A stretch of DNA of 63,565 bases, filler included, from Octopus bimaculoides (lineage: Eukaryota), in NCBI RefSeq assembly GCF_001194135.2. It is 4 parts of 4 records of this genome, joined end to end, with 100 filler letters (N's around TTAATTAATTAA, not from the genome) between each part and the next. Parts side by side here need not be neighbours in the genome. Positions count along the whole stretch, not along the records: positions 1 to 20,919 come from NC_068998.1; positions 21,020 to 44,785 come from NC_068981.1; 2 more parts are not named here. The stretch is one strand, 5' to 3'. Shown in pieces: positions 12,558 to 25,683 of this stretch (position 1 is the first letter of the stretch; the number at the start of each line of letters is the position of its first letter). A model generated the notes under the pieces. That model worked only from the letters and a program-made list of their open reading frames with translations, ran no database searches and was not told where the DNA came from. A program made the position numbers and the translations under genes.

Positions 12558-13387
12558 NNNNNNNNNNTATGGATATAGAATATGTACATACTTATTTAGA
12601 TCTATATATATACAAAAAATACACATGCTCAGATATTTGGGCATATGTATATGTACGTGTGCATATGTGTGTGTTCTGTGTGTGTGTGTGTGTGTGTGTG
12701 TTTGTGTGTGTGCGTGTTTATGTGTGTAGTTGCTATGTGTTTGATAACATTGGCAAAGATCTTTGGGAAATTTAATATTGTATTATATTTAATGCTTTTT
12801 TTTTTAATTGCTTTCTTCCTCTTATTGTTTTTCATCTCATTACTGAAATAAATATTTTTTCATCACTAATACAATTAACAATTATACTTTCATTGTTAGT
12901 ATTATATTAGCATTATTGTTTTTTGTTATTATGTAAGATATTTACTTTTATCTAACTTCCAAGTATACAACCTCCAGTCCTTGCTTCATTATGTTTTCCA
13001 AAACTTTGATAACAAAAAATTCCCTGTAAAAGACGGCAGCGGTGATGGTGGGTATCTTTTAATTGATTAGATGCTAATTTTCAAAATAATTGTTACCATT
13101 ATTTATATTTCTGTTAGTATTTGCATTGATGTGTTATATTAATATCATTGCTTTTACTACAATATTTGTTTAATTCACTGTGGTTCAAGAATATAATCAT
13201 TAAATATACAACAGATGATCATTGAGCATTCAAGCAACAAATACATGTTAAACTAAATGATTTTTAGAATATCTGTTTACATTGATATATCACTCTTTTT
13301 CTATCTCTCTCTCTCTCACTTTAACCCTAACCCAAACGACATATATTGGCTTCATGTTCAATGTATGAATGGTCACCTGTTTAAGAT

Positions 13388-13469
13388 TTTGCCTGAAGAT
13401 GGTGGATTTTATGTCATGGTGTAATCTCTGAATACATCAATACAATCCTACTGAAATAGCTGTTGTAAA
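13388..13469 (+). ncRNA. Type-I hammerhead ribozyme-like motif with long stem II
   Basis: tttgc CTGAAGA t ggtggatt...aatcctact GAAAT agct GTT gtaaa; 5-bp stem I, 8-bp stem II base with one bulge, AGCT tip. Confidence 0.55.
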
Positions 13470-13749
13470 TTTTAAACAACTTTTGTGTTCAAGAGATTTA
13501 TACAGTAGTAGCACTACTTCAACTTTTGTGTTCTTTTTTTTATACCTGTGTCACACTTTGAACCAATTCCAAAGCCAGTTCTATGGTTTTAATTAGATTG
13601 AGTACTTGTATATCTATAGCATCCTACCAATACTTGATACGTTTGTTTTTGTTTACCTCACTGATAACTCTGTTTTCACACCCAGCTATTTCTGGCATCC
13701 TACATGTTGATGTGCCATGGTTCTATTGAATCCTTATAATTAAGTTATA

Positions 13750-13935
13750 TATATATGTGTTTGTGTGTGTGTATGTGTGTGTGCGTGCGTGCATGTATCT
13801 TTGTGTTTGTCCCATTGCCTGACAGCTGATGTTGGTGTGTTTATGTCCCCCATAACTTAGTGGTTTGGCAAAAATGGACCAATAGAATAAGTAATAGGCT
13901 TACAAAAATAAGTGCTGGGGTTGATTTCTTTGACT
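13750..13935 (+). mobile_element. SINE family A 3' half
   Basis: Matches the post-microsatellite part of family A (gttggtgtgtttatgtcccc..aatagaataagta..ggggttgattt). Confidence 0.75.
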
Positions 13936-13994
13936 AATGATGAACCAATCCCACATAAGCTCACTCCCTCCATCGGATCGACATTATTTGTAAA

Positions 13995-14155
13995 GGTGCA
14001 CCATGTGCCACATGTCGGCTGATGAAACGATTGCAGAGCAACATGAAATGAAGGGCTTTGCTCAAGAACACAACACAACGCAATACCCAGTCTGGGAATT
14101 GAGCCCATGATCTTGCAATCATGAGTGCAACACCCTAACCACTAAGACATGTGCC
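13995..14155 (-). mobile_element. tRNA-derived SINE family B
   Basis: Minus strand: ggcacatgtcttagtggttagggtgttg..ctcaattcccag..gtgttcttgagcaaag; similar copy at ~54255-54360. Confidence 0.7.
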
Positions 14156-14357
14156 TATATACATACATACATATATATATATAGACACACATATATATAT
14201 ATGTATGGTATGTATAAATGTATATATATATGTATGTATAGATGTATGTATGTATGTATGCATGCATAGATGTATATATATATATATATATATACATCTA
14301 TGCATACATACATATATATACATCTATACATATATATATATGTGTGTATATGTATAG

Positions 14358-14444
<87 letters not shown>

Positions 14445-15409
14445 CAGAGAGAGAGAGAGAGAGAGTGAGATGTGTGTATATTTATATATATATATATATG
14501 ACAGACTTTTGTCAGTTTCTACCAAATCCACTTGCAAGGCAGATTTTTTACAGCTGGATGTTCTTCTTGTTGCCAACCCTCATTTGTTTCCAAGTAAGTT
14601 AATAGTTACTTGTGACATGACACTGCTTGCATGATGCCAATAATCACTTACAGCTATCATGCAATACCATGGCAAAGACTAGTAACATACATGCGTACAG
14701 TGGTGGACAGGCCAAGTTCCCAGCTTACCCAATGGCAAGTGGGCCCCTGCACCATTAGAATCTATATATGGAGCCCATGTTGGTATCTAAGGGGACCGTT
14801 CTCTCAAGTTTGAGAATTTTTTATTCACTCCCGGAAGAATGTATTAATTATTTCAGCCTGGCTGTGTTTCTATAACAGTTGAAAAGAATACTTTTAACAA
14901 AAACAGAAACAAAAAAATTAAATGATAGCATTGTAGTTGTGGAATGGTCCCCTTGTAGTTGTGGGTGGGCCCCCTTAGTTTCCTGGCAACCAATATTTTT
15001 AGACCCAGTTTGCCACTGCATGCATGCATAATTTTACACACACATACATGATAGGCTTCTTTCAGTCTCTGTCTACCAAATCCACTTTATATATATATGT
15101 GTGTGTGTATACTGAATAATGGATGTATGAATAATTAATTTGTATGATATAACGATGTTGAAATTTTTTGAACTTCGCAACTTATAATTTATTTGTATTG
15201 TTATAAAAAATTTCAACATCTTTATATCATTCAAATGAATTATTTATATATCCATTTTTCTCCATTTTCTTTCTTTCAATATTAATAATATGTATTACTA
15301 CAATAATCCCTAACATATCGTCAAGACATTCTCCTTATATGATTAACCAGTGGAATTTTTTGCATTATATAATCCCTAATGTGGATCTAACATCCTTGAA
15401 TTGACTGTA

Positions 15410-15548
<139 letters not shown>

Positions 15549-16559
15549 CAAGGGGAGGCAAAAAGTAAGCAATTGAAGAATAAAGAACAGTTTGAATGAG
15601 TCAGACTTGGAATTTCACAAATAAGGACAAACCTTCATGCATCGACTATTGTCTGAAATTCGACAAGATTTCGACATGTTTAACAACAAAATGACTAGCT
15701 TCTGTGTGCCTGTAGACTTAAAGGGGTAACTGGGTAATGGTATTGCGAAGACACAATGATAACAAAGGATGGAGGGGATCTGGGAGAGTGTTCTCAAAAC
15801 CAAAAGCAGTACAAGTATACGATAGTATACAAAATAATCTTGAAAATTTATGTACAACACACATTTGAATTTATCAATTTAAGAAAATGGAGACTGGAAA
15901 TTATTATATTTTTCAGCTCAGGCAAAAAGGAGATGGAAGAAAGTATCAAAAGATATTAAATACACACACACACACACACATGGGTACACACATATACACA
16001 CTCATTCACATATATGTATATATGTATTTATGTGTGCTTGTATGTATGGATTTATTTATCTATGCATGCATATATGTATATATTTATGTATGGATTAGCT
16101 AAAAACAGAATCTATGAAAACTTAGTAATGGTCTGCATCAGCAAGTATTGTGTGTATTAGCAAAGGGAACAGAGAGAATAGAGTATTATAGCTATAGGGA
16201 GCGGAATTTCTAACTTTGCAGAGCCCTTCATCAGGGTTGATTTAGAAATGAAAAAAAAAAAAATCTGGAATGACATCATCTCCATTGGAGAGAGTGGTAG
16301 CAGCTCATAAGGAGCACAAAAGCAATATGTGAGTCCATACATAGATAGGAAGTTGTTGGAGAAACATGGTGAGAGAAAATGAAAAAAAAATAGAAATAAA
16401 TATAAAAAGAGGAAGAGAAGAAATTGGGTGAGATTAGGGGAAAGATTTAAGTGTTAAAAACGCTAAAGGATAATGCAGGAATTATTGTATTAAGAAGGAT
16501 GAATGAGTAGAAGGAAACTAAAACAAAACAAAAAAAACAATCATTTCAATCTATTTTCG

Positions 16560-17990
16560 CTATGATTCTGGGAAAGGTACATTGTTTCTGGTAAGATGCA
16601 TTGTATCTTTCTTTCTTGAGTGAGTGGATCCAGGGCCTGTAATGTTGGACTCTGATAAGTGGGTAATGGAGTACCTTTTTTTGTGTTCTGCAGTCACTCT
16701 GCATCTCATACGTTTCTCTTAAATATTTCAACCTTAAGGGCGTGGCAGCATTCTTCTCATGTTGTAGTGCCTTCTCTCCTTTCTTTTGTACAATATCCAG
16801 GTTACTTTATGGCTTCCTATGTCTGTGCAGGTGTTATGTTCCTTGTTTGTAAAAAATGTCAACTCTGCTAATTTCTTCATGGCTCATAGTCCCCACCAAA
16901 ATTCTTTTACTTCTGATTCTGTTTGTTTGGAATTGATTTCTGATTTATTTTCACTTACTCTTGATAAAAATTGCTTCGGGCTCAAGTCAAACTATTTGTT
17001 TTATTAAAAGAATCACTATCACTTTCTGCACCAATGGCTTTTTTGCAATTTAGCCAGAATCTCTAGTTTCAAGAGTTCTTTGATTCAGAATAATTCTTTA
17101 TTTTCTGTTTTGGTACGCTACATTTCTATCACATTAGTATTTTTTCTCCATGGTTCTTTTTTTAAAAAAAAAATTCAATTGTGTTGTTCCTTCATTGATT
17201 TCATTAAGGATTGTACAATCTTTTCCTTTATTTTACACCCTTTTTTTTTTTGTATGTTTGTTTTTCATGTCGTTCACTTGTGTTTCGATATTCTTATGCC
17301 AGTAGATCTGAAGAAATAATCGCTTTCTTCTACGACTACGATGGTTCCTTCTGCATACAATATTTAATATCATGATATTACTGTTCGTGACAGTTTTCAT
17401 TAAGTTTGTGATGGCCATTTTTTGCGATTTTTGTTGTTGCTATTTAATCATTAACTTTTATCCTTGGGAGGTACTTTCATTATTCCATAGAGAGATTAGC
17501 TATTGTTTTTAGTTCTTTGATTGTTCCCACCTTTAGATTGATTGTCATGTTCACGATTCCCATCCTTAGAATTTCCTATTCTTTAACGTACCCCATACTC
17601 CCTTCTACATATAGATTTTCTTTTTGTGTTGTTCTGGTTTGCTTTTATTATTATTATTTTTTATCTTTGTCTGTTGTTGTTTTAGGGTTTGGCCCAAGTT
17701 CTGTTTTTTTCTATTACATTCTCTGGTGTCACCTTCGTGATTTACATTATCAAGGTTTTAAATTCTGCTTCTTAATTTGTGTTCATTACTTGTGTTTTCA
17801 TTACGTGATCTTTTTTCTTTAAGTGTTCTATTTTGATCTCTGATTTTTGTTCTATTTGGTGATGAAGCGACTTCAAGAATGTATCTTCTTAAGTTAGCTA
17901 CTCTCTTGGGATGTCTAATATTATGTCTGTATGAGGTTTATTTTCCTTCCAAATTTTATGTGAATATATTGTCATAGTTTAATTTAATTT
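16560..17990 (-). mobile_element. Old, heavily decayed R4/Dong-type LINE N-terminal fragment
   Basis: Minus-frame peptides FWKENKPHTDIILD / KRVANLRRYIL, YWHKNIETQVNDMK, LKLEILAKLQK, PKQFYQE and EVKEFWWGL; the first pair parallels the N-terminus of the 41-44 kb element, and the rest match what I recall of this clade. Confidence 0.55.
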
Positions 17991-18128
17991 TTTTTTGTGG
18001 GGTGGATAGAGACTTGTTATAGCTCACCCCTTTTGCATTTAAACTGGCCTTATCAGGCACCAATATTCTACCAGTTTTAGATTCAAACTAGTCAGATCTG
18101 GCCTCTCACTCCTACTCTACAATATCAT

Positions 18129-18464
18129 TGGCTGTGTGGTAAGTAGCTTGTTTACCAACCACATGGTTCCGGGTTCAGTCCCACTGCGTAACACCTAAGT
18201 GTCTTCTACTATAGCCTTGGGTCAACAAAGCCTTGGGAGTGGATTTGGTGGATGGAAACTGAACGAAGCCTGTCATATACATATATATATATGATTGTGT
18301 TTGTTTCCCTGGTGTGTTTACATATTTGTAACTTCATGGTTTGGCAAAAAGAGACCGATAGAATAAGTACTAGGCTTACAAAGAATAAGTCCTGGGGTCA
18401 ATTTGCTTGACTAAAAACGGTACTCCAGCATGGCCACAGTCAAATGACAAACAAATAAAAGAAT
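18129..18464 (+). mobile_element. SINE family A
   Basis: TGGCTGTGTGGTAAG A-box, GGTTCAGTCCC B-box, family 3' end. Confidence 0.9.
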
Positions 18465-18490
18465 ATATATACATACACACACACACACAT

Positions 18491-18553
<63 letters not shown>

Positions 18554-18558
18554 TACAC

Positions 18559-18776
18559 ACAAGGTATGCTGATAAGTTCCTAGGTTTAAGGGTATCATGA
18601 AAGGGCTGGCTGGACCCCCAACATTTTGAGTTCTTTTACCGGGCTTAGAAAGGCTGAAGGAATGCCGCAATAATTGTGTAAATCTGAGAGGGGAATATAT
18701 TGAATAAAACCATAATTAACTCATCCTCCTGTATTTCCTTTTACCCATAGCCAGAAACTTTACAGCACCCCTTGTA
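18559..18776 (+). mobile_element. Internally deleted mariner (MITE-like, ~218 bp)
   Basis: ~26-bp imperfect TIRs (acaaggtatgctgataagttcctagg vs reverse complement acaaggggtgctgtaaagtttctggc); retains transposase C-terminus ..LERLKECRNNCVNLRGEYIE*. Confidence 0.75.
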
Positions 18777-18988
18777 CAGAGTGTTCACAAAGACTGGGTA
18801 CATGGAGTAAATAAAATCATAACATAGACAATTAAATATAAGAAATAAAAATTTCTTAAAGTATGTGTTAATCCCCATGTGGGTACATGGAGTAAATAAA
18901 ATCATAACATTAACAATTAAATATAAGAAATAATAATTTCTTAAAGTATGTGTTAATCCCCATGTACCCAGACTTTGTGGACGCCCTG
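18777..18988. mobile_element. Tc1/mariner-type MITE with TA target sites and an internal 85-bp tandem duplication
   Basis: TA at 18775-18776 and 18989-18990; ~29-bp TIRs cagagtgttcacaaagactgggtacatgg / cagggcgtccacaaagtctgggtacatgg; units 18796-18880 and 18881-18965. Confidence 0.85.
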
Positions 18989-19437
18989 TAGATTCAAAAT
19001 ATGCATTTTTCAACCAACATAACCTGAACATAATGGTTTTTTTTTTAATTTCTGTTGTTTACAATGTTTTATTGTGTAATGGTGGAATTGGTCTGATGAT
19101 GAGATGAACCATGCTTCAGCTGCATGTTTACACAAGCTATCAGATCACAGACCAGTATGAGCGTATTGACTACATTAAATATACGAGGTAATGCTCAATA
19201 ATTTCCCCCAATATTAAGCTGTTATTACATCAGTTTTGATACCTTTATTTCATTTATTATTTTTAATCACTGCTATTGGATAATTTCTGGAGCAGCCAAA
19301 GGAACATTTTCTCATGTTAAATCTCCATGGTGTGGCTCTCCTAATATTATTTGGATATACTAATAAAAGAACACTAGCGCTTTTTCATATCTCGTCCCTT
19401 TGGCATTCCTGCATTCTTTTGGTTGGGGAGCATTATG

Positions 19438-19478
<41 letters not shown>

Positions 19479-19561
19479 GATAGTTATTATTGGATGTTTG
19501 TCACACACTTTAGAGAACCGCTGTATGTATATTTTCAGTGTTACATCTATACCATATCATA

Positions 19562-19616
<55 letters not shown>

Positions 19617-20580
19617 TATGTATATATATATAATATATATATATGTATATATATATAATATATATATNNNNNNNNNNNNNNNNNNNNNNNNNNNNNNNNN
19701 NNNNNNNNNNNNNNNNNNNNNNNNNNNNNNNNNNNNNNNNNNNNNNNNNNNNNNNNNNNNNNNNNNNNNNNNNNNNNNNNNNNNNNNNNNNNNNNNNNNN
19801 NNNNNNNNNNNNNNNNNNNNNNNNNNNNNNNNNNNNNNNNNNNNNNNNNNNNNNNNNNNNNNNNNNNNNNNNNNNNNNNNNNNNNNNNNNNNNNNNNNNN
19901 NNNNNNNNNNNNNNNNNNNNNNNNNNNNNNNNNNNNNNNNNNNNNNNNNNNNNNNNNNNNNNNNNNNNNNNNNNNNNNNNNNNNNNNNNNNNNNNNNNNN
20001 NNNNNNNNNNNNNNNNNNNNNNNNNNNNNNNNNNNNNNNNNNNNNNNNNNNNNNNNNNNNNNNNNNNNNNNNNNNNNNNNNNNNNNNNNNNNNNNNNNNN
20101 NNNNNNNNNNNNNNNNNNNNNAAAATAAAGAACTCACCCCCACCACCACCATCACCATCACCACCCCTAATAACAATACTGCTGCTGCTACTACTTCTAC
20201 TACTCTTGTTGTTCTTTTTGTTGGTGTTATCATCATCATCATCATCATCATCATTATTATTATTATTATTAACATTATTATTATTATTAACATTATTATT
20301 ATCATTATTATTATTATTATTATTAATCATTAGAAGAAGAAAGCAAGTAAATATTTGATTGAAATCAGTGTGAGATAAAAGAGGATTTCCATCTAGCTTT
20401 CTTTTCATCTACCCCAGCTATCACATGGTCACCGCAACATTTAGTGTTTATGTTTCTGATTAGATACACGAATCCTTTGATTTCCTTCTGAAATACACTT
20501 TTTGCTAAATTATCAGCAAATATTAAACCTTTCCCTCCCAATAATAATAGTGATAATAATGAAAAAAAAAAAAAGACGAC

Positions 20581-20611
<31 letters not shown>

Positions 20612-20882
20612 ACGATAATAATAATGATAATCTTCATTATTATGATTGATAAATATTATTTGAAACAATTTTTTTTTCTTCATTAAAGGGAAGCATTTAT
20701 ACATACATGCAGAAACATATATATATATATATATATAAAAACACACATACATACATATACACACATGTAATAATTTAAACAGGTAAAGACACAACACCCA
20801 AACACAGGTACATATGTGAGACCATATTCTTTTTTATTATTTCATGGAAACAACATTATTACATTATATAGACATATATTTT

Positions 20883-20913
<31 letters not shown>

Positions 20914-21020
20914 CATATANNNNNNNNNNNNNNNNNNNNNNNNNNNNNNNNNNNNNNNNNNNNTTAATTAATTAANNNNNNNNNNNNNNNNNNNNNNNNN
21001 NNNNNNNNNNNNNNNNNNNC

Positions 21021-21164
21021 GAATCTGCAATGCAAGACATTTCCGAATCTGCAATGCAAGACATTTCCGAATCTGCAATGCAAGACATTTCCGAATCTGC
21101 AATGCAAGACATTTCCGAATCTGCAATGCAAGACATTTCCGAATCTGCAATGCAAGACATTTCC
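21021..21164. repeat. 24-bp perfect minisatellite x6 (gaatctgcaatgcaagacatttcc), running into a gap
   Basis: Directly visible. Confidence 0.95.
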
Positions 21165-21726
21165 CAAGTTTAAAATAAGACATTGATTTCGCTATCTATT
21201 TACCAATGATGGGATTATGCATCTTTGTTAGAAACCAGCTCCTTCTTCAGAGAAAGAATTTAAACGTTTAAAAACAAAAGAGAAACATACGTACATACAT
21301 GCATGCATCCATCCATACATACATACAAACATACCTGCATATATACAAACACACGTACATACACACATATACACACACATACATGTACATACATGCATAC
21401 ATACATACATACATACATACATACACGCATATGGGATATGTAACAAACTGCCTAAATACCAATCTTGAGGAATTAGGCTTCTCAAAACCGGAAAGGAGAA
21501 AGCTGATCCGAAGACTACAGATCCTATTCATTCTTGGAACTGTAAAAAGCTATAAAACTTTCCAGAAGTTTATCATTTAAGTATACATGAGCATGTGTAG
21601 ATATGCATCTGACGACATACACAAAACAAAACATACAAATCTGCATATATACATGCATACATGCACGCATACATACATACATACATACATACATACATAC
21701 ATACATACATACATACATACATACAT

Positions 21727-22367
21727 GATGGCCGTCCACTCGTCACCGAAGAAGACCATTGCCGAACTTCAGGAACATTGCGCGCTCTAGGACTAACTTA
21801 TATTTTGCATGTGCGGCTCCATTGGTGGCTAATGAGCCCTGCCCTTGACAAGCATACACTACTGCAAACATTGCAGACCAAGCTTTCCCCCATTCACTAT
21901 AGGAGCCTTGCGCTTTCGCGCAACTCGCTTGAGTTCTTCATGCTGGATACGTGCTCTCTCAAAAGTGTTGATCCCCTCCTTAGCCTGCTTCCTCTATCTG
22001 TGGTGATGACAGGCATTGTTCTCCCAGTCAGTGTCCTGCATATCACAGGCCTTTAATGAGGACTTGACACAGTCCTNNNNNNNNNNTTCTCCCAGTCAGT
22101 GTCCTGCATATCACAGGCCTTTAATGAGGACTTGACACAGTCCTTAAATCGCAGCCTTGGTTTCTGCCGGAGTCTCCTTCCATTCACAAGTTCTCCATAT
22201 AGCATCTGCTTAGGAATCCTGCTATCTTTCATTCTAATAAGGTGTCCAGTTCAACATAACCGTTGCTTGTGCACCATTGCCTCAATACTCAAGATATTAG
22301 CTGTCCTCAGGACCTGTGTGTCTGGAAGTTTTGAGGTCCAGCCAACATTGAGAATGTATCTGAGACA
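21727..22367 (-). mobile_element. RTE-clade LINE 3' fragment with C-terminal C2H2-like finger and (TATG)n tail
   Basis: Minus translation [75 protein letters not shown]; (CATA)n on both flanks. Confidence 0.85.
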
Positions 22368-22395
22368 TACATACATGCATACATACATACATACA

Positions 22396-22426
<31 letters not shown>

Positions 22427-23313
22427 GCATGGTTAAGTTCGTTCATCTGAATGTGAGATCTATTTTGTTATCCGAAGACGAACCCACGTATGATGAAAAA
22501 GCATACCGCACTTTATTGCCAGCCAGATAGGATAACGTATTCTAAATCAGCGTTACTCGATGTTACTGTTCCCAGCTGCGGAAGGATTTGTGTAGTTTTC
22601 TGTTTGTTTTACTATGATTTCGTATTTTTCATTTCTTTTTACTTTGCAATTCAAACCGCATTTTGTTTTATTTCTGAACTTTTATTCTCAATATATTGTT
22701 TTAAAAAGTTCTTCTACAAATAAATAGGTAGTTAAACATGTACGTTATTGCTTTTTGAGAAGGCGTGAAATTGAATGAATTCGAATGTAGCATACCTGCA
22801 CCATACATGTACACACACGCACACACACACGTATGTATATAATATATATATATATATATATATGCGAGTGTATGTATGTATGTATGCATGTGTGTGTGTA
22901 TGTGTGTGTGCTTGCGTGCGTGTATGTGTGTGTATGTGCATGATGGCTGCAGTTTAGAAATAATATTGACTGTGGTCGAATGAAACAAAATTTTCTTTGC
23001 GTTTTCAATTGTTGTTTGGAAGCCCGAATACATGCACACGCACGCACACACGAATACATACATAATCCATACATAATACATAATTCATATGTATAATATT
23101 TACATATAATATATGCATATATACATATATGTATGTATATATATATATATATATATACATAATAATATATAATTATATATATATATATATAGGACGTTAT
23201 CTTCAACTTGTTTCTCTCGAGGTTTTGCAAGAGAATGAACTTCGCGATAGACNNNNNNNNNNNNNNNNNNNNNNNNNNNNNNNNNNNNNNNNNNNNNNNN
23301 NNNNNNNNNNNNN

Positions 23314-23345
<32 letters not shown>

Positions 23346-23494
23346 TATATGTAAAGTAATGATTTTTTGCCAACTTAATGTGGCAGTCTCCTTGTGGGGC
23401 GAATGCTACTGTTGTTTATTCCCAGGAGACATCGTCATTTTGGGATTTTGTTTGCAAGATTCTTAATATGAGTTCGTGTGTTGAAACTTATTTT

Positions 23495-23768
23495 GTTGTG
23501 TCTAGGGACAGTCATTCTCCTTTTTTTTTGTATGCTGTATTATTTAACACACTCAGCGATTCAGTTTCCATTCATTTAGTTCTTTATTTCTTCTAAAAGT
23601 ATCCTTGCGTCTTGCAACCTTTTCAATAGTCGTTGGCTCTGTCCGTTCCCTGAACGGCGTTCTTTTTGTTTGTTTGTGCGCATGCGTGTGGGTTTACACA
23701 TCCGTGTGCATACACATATGTATATAAGCAGGTATGTACGTGTATGCATGTATGCGTATGTGTGTGTA

Positions 23769-23820
<52 letters not shown>

Positions 23821-24163
23821 TGTGTGTGTGTAGTGTGCGTGTACTTTTGTCTGTATGTATTCTGCATATCCATGTGTTTGTGTGTTCGTCTTTGTTTTTA
23901 TGTGTTTGTGATTGCATGTGTGCGTGCTTGCGCGCACGCGTGTGTATGTGTGTTTGTGCTTGAGTGTGTGTACCTCTGTCTCCTTGTTTGTGCATGTCTG
24001 AGTGTGTCTGTGTATGGGTTTTTGTGACTATGTACGTGCGTCTGACATGTATGATGTGTGTGTCTCCATAGGTGACCTTGTGTAAGTGTGTGCATGTGTG
24101 TATACGGTCATGGGTTTCAGTCTTCATTTGCGTATGTATATGGGCATGTGTGCTGCTTGTCTG

Positions 24164-24200
<37 letters not shown>

Positions 24201-25683
24201 GTATATATATAAGCCGTCGGTATAGNNNNNNNNNNNNNNNNNNNNNNNNNNNNNNNNNNNNNNNNNNNNNNNNNNNNNNNNNNNNNNNNNNNNNNNNNNN
24301 NNNNNNNNNNNNNNNNNNNNNNNNNNNNNNNNNNNNNNNNNNNNNNNNNNNNNNNNNNNNNNNNNNNNNNNNNNNNNNNNNNNNNNNNNNNNNNNNNNNN
24401 NNNNNNNNNNNNNNNNNNNNNNNNNNNNNNNNNNNNNNNNNNNNNNNNNNNNNNNNNNNNNNNNNNNNNNNNNNNNNNNNNNNNNNNNNNNNNNNNNNNN
24501 NNNNNNNNNNNNNNNNNNNNNNNNNNNNNNNNNNNNNNNNNNNNNNNNNNNNNNNNNNNNNNNNNNNNNNNNNNNNNNNNNNNNNNNNNNNNNNNNNNNN
24601 NNNNNNNNNNNNNNNNNNNNNNNNNNNNNNNNNNNNGGCGGACAAAAAACAAGACAGGAAAACGAACAGAAAAGGCTTTACGGCCAGACGAGAAAAATTA
24701 TGTGTGTATGAACGCGATGAGGCACGGAACCGAGAGAGACAAAGTGGTGGCGTGCGTTGCTTGGCGAAAGCCAAGGAAGGAAAGGATTAATGACCGGAAG
24801 CATGTGACCATGCCGGTGTATATATATATATATATATATATACATATGTATATATATAAGCCGTCGGTATAGGGATATGGCTACCTACTACGTATATTTC
24901 CTATTTAGTACTGGGGATGTTTCATTTATGAGGACATACTGCTGTATCTGTCTGAGAGTTGGGTCCTTCGGGTGGTTGAATAAAATGTGGATGTTAAGTT
25001 GACCCAGGCTGCCTCCATGTTGGTCTTTGTCATGTTGGTAGAGTGTGGCGGACTGTTAATTGTCGTCATATTGTCTCAAATGTCCACTTAGTGTTTCTAC
25101 AATGCTCCTAGATGTCTCACCTATGTATATCCTGTTCTTGTCTATAAAAGCATCTTCTATGCACCTTATACACACATGCACACTTCACACAAGGACACAT
25201 ATGGTGACAAATATCCATACATAACAGACGCACATAGTAAAAAGAAACCATACACAGACACATTCAGATTTGCACATATGAGGAGGAAGAGGTACACTAC
25301 ACACATGCAAATACACGAACACACAAACTACAAACACATGAATATGCAGAATATATATGCGCATACAAGCGTATACATATATATATGCATACTTATATGC
25401 ATACACATACATACACAAATGCATGCATACACACATATGCATGCATACACATACATACACACATGCATACATATGTGTATGTGCACACACAGTGATCCAC
25501 ACACATGCGCACAAACAAACAAAAAGAACGAAGCTCAGAAAGCAGAGTCAACCACTATTGAGAAGGTTGCAAGACGCAACGAATATTTTAGAAAAAATAA
25601 AGAAGTAAATGGATGGAAACTGAATCGCTGAGTGTGTTAAATAATAAGGTACTAAAAGAGAATTACTCTCCCTAGACACAACT
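23495..25683. repeat. Diverged inverted duplication: arms ~23495-24105 and ~25165-25683
   Basis: 23530-23660 reverse complement aligns to 25510-25650 (..gaaggttgcaagacgcaa..ggaaactgaatcgctgagtgtgttaaataat); similarity continues through the microsatellite-derived parts. Confidence 0.8.

Noticed and set aside
20964-20975. TTAATTAATTAA island inside N runs, repeated at 44830-44841 and 60281-60292
   Set aside because: Each is flanked by exactly 44 N on both sides (100 bp total) and gives stops in all six frames; a scaffolding spacer, not biology.
21021-21164. Possible CRISPR-like array
   Set aside because: Units are contiguous with no spacers, and the DNA is eukaryotic.
22018-22143. ~58-bp direct duplication across a 10-N gap
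   Set aside because: Unmerged contig overlap; the RTE reading frame is continuous with one copy.
24170-24872. tatacatatgtatatatataagccgtcggtatag present before the gap and again at ~24840
   Set aside because: Likely haplotype or assembly redundancy next to a gap; cannot be judged without reads.
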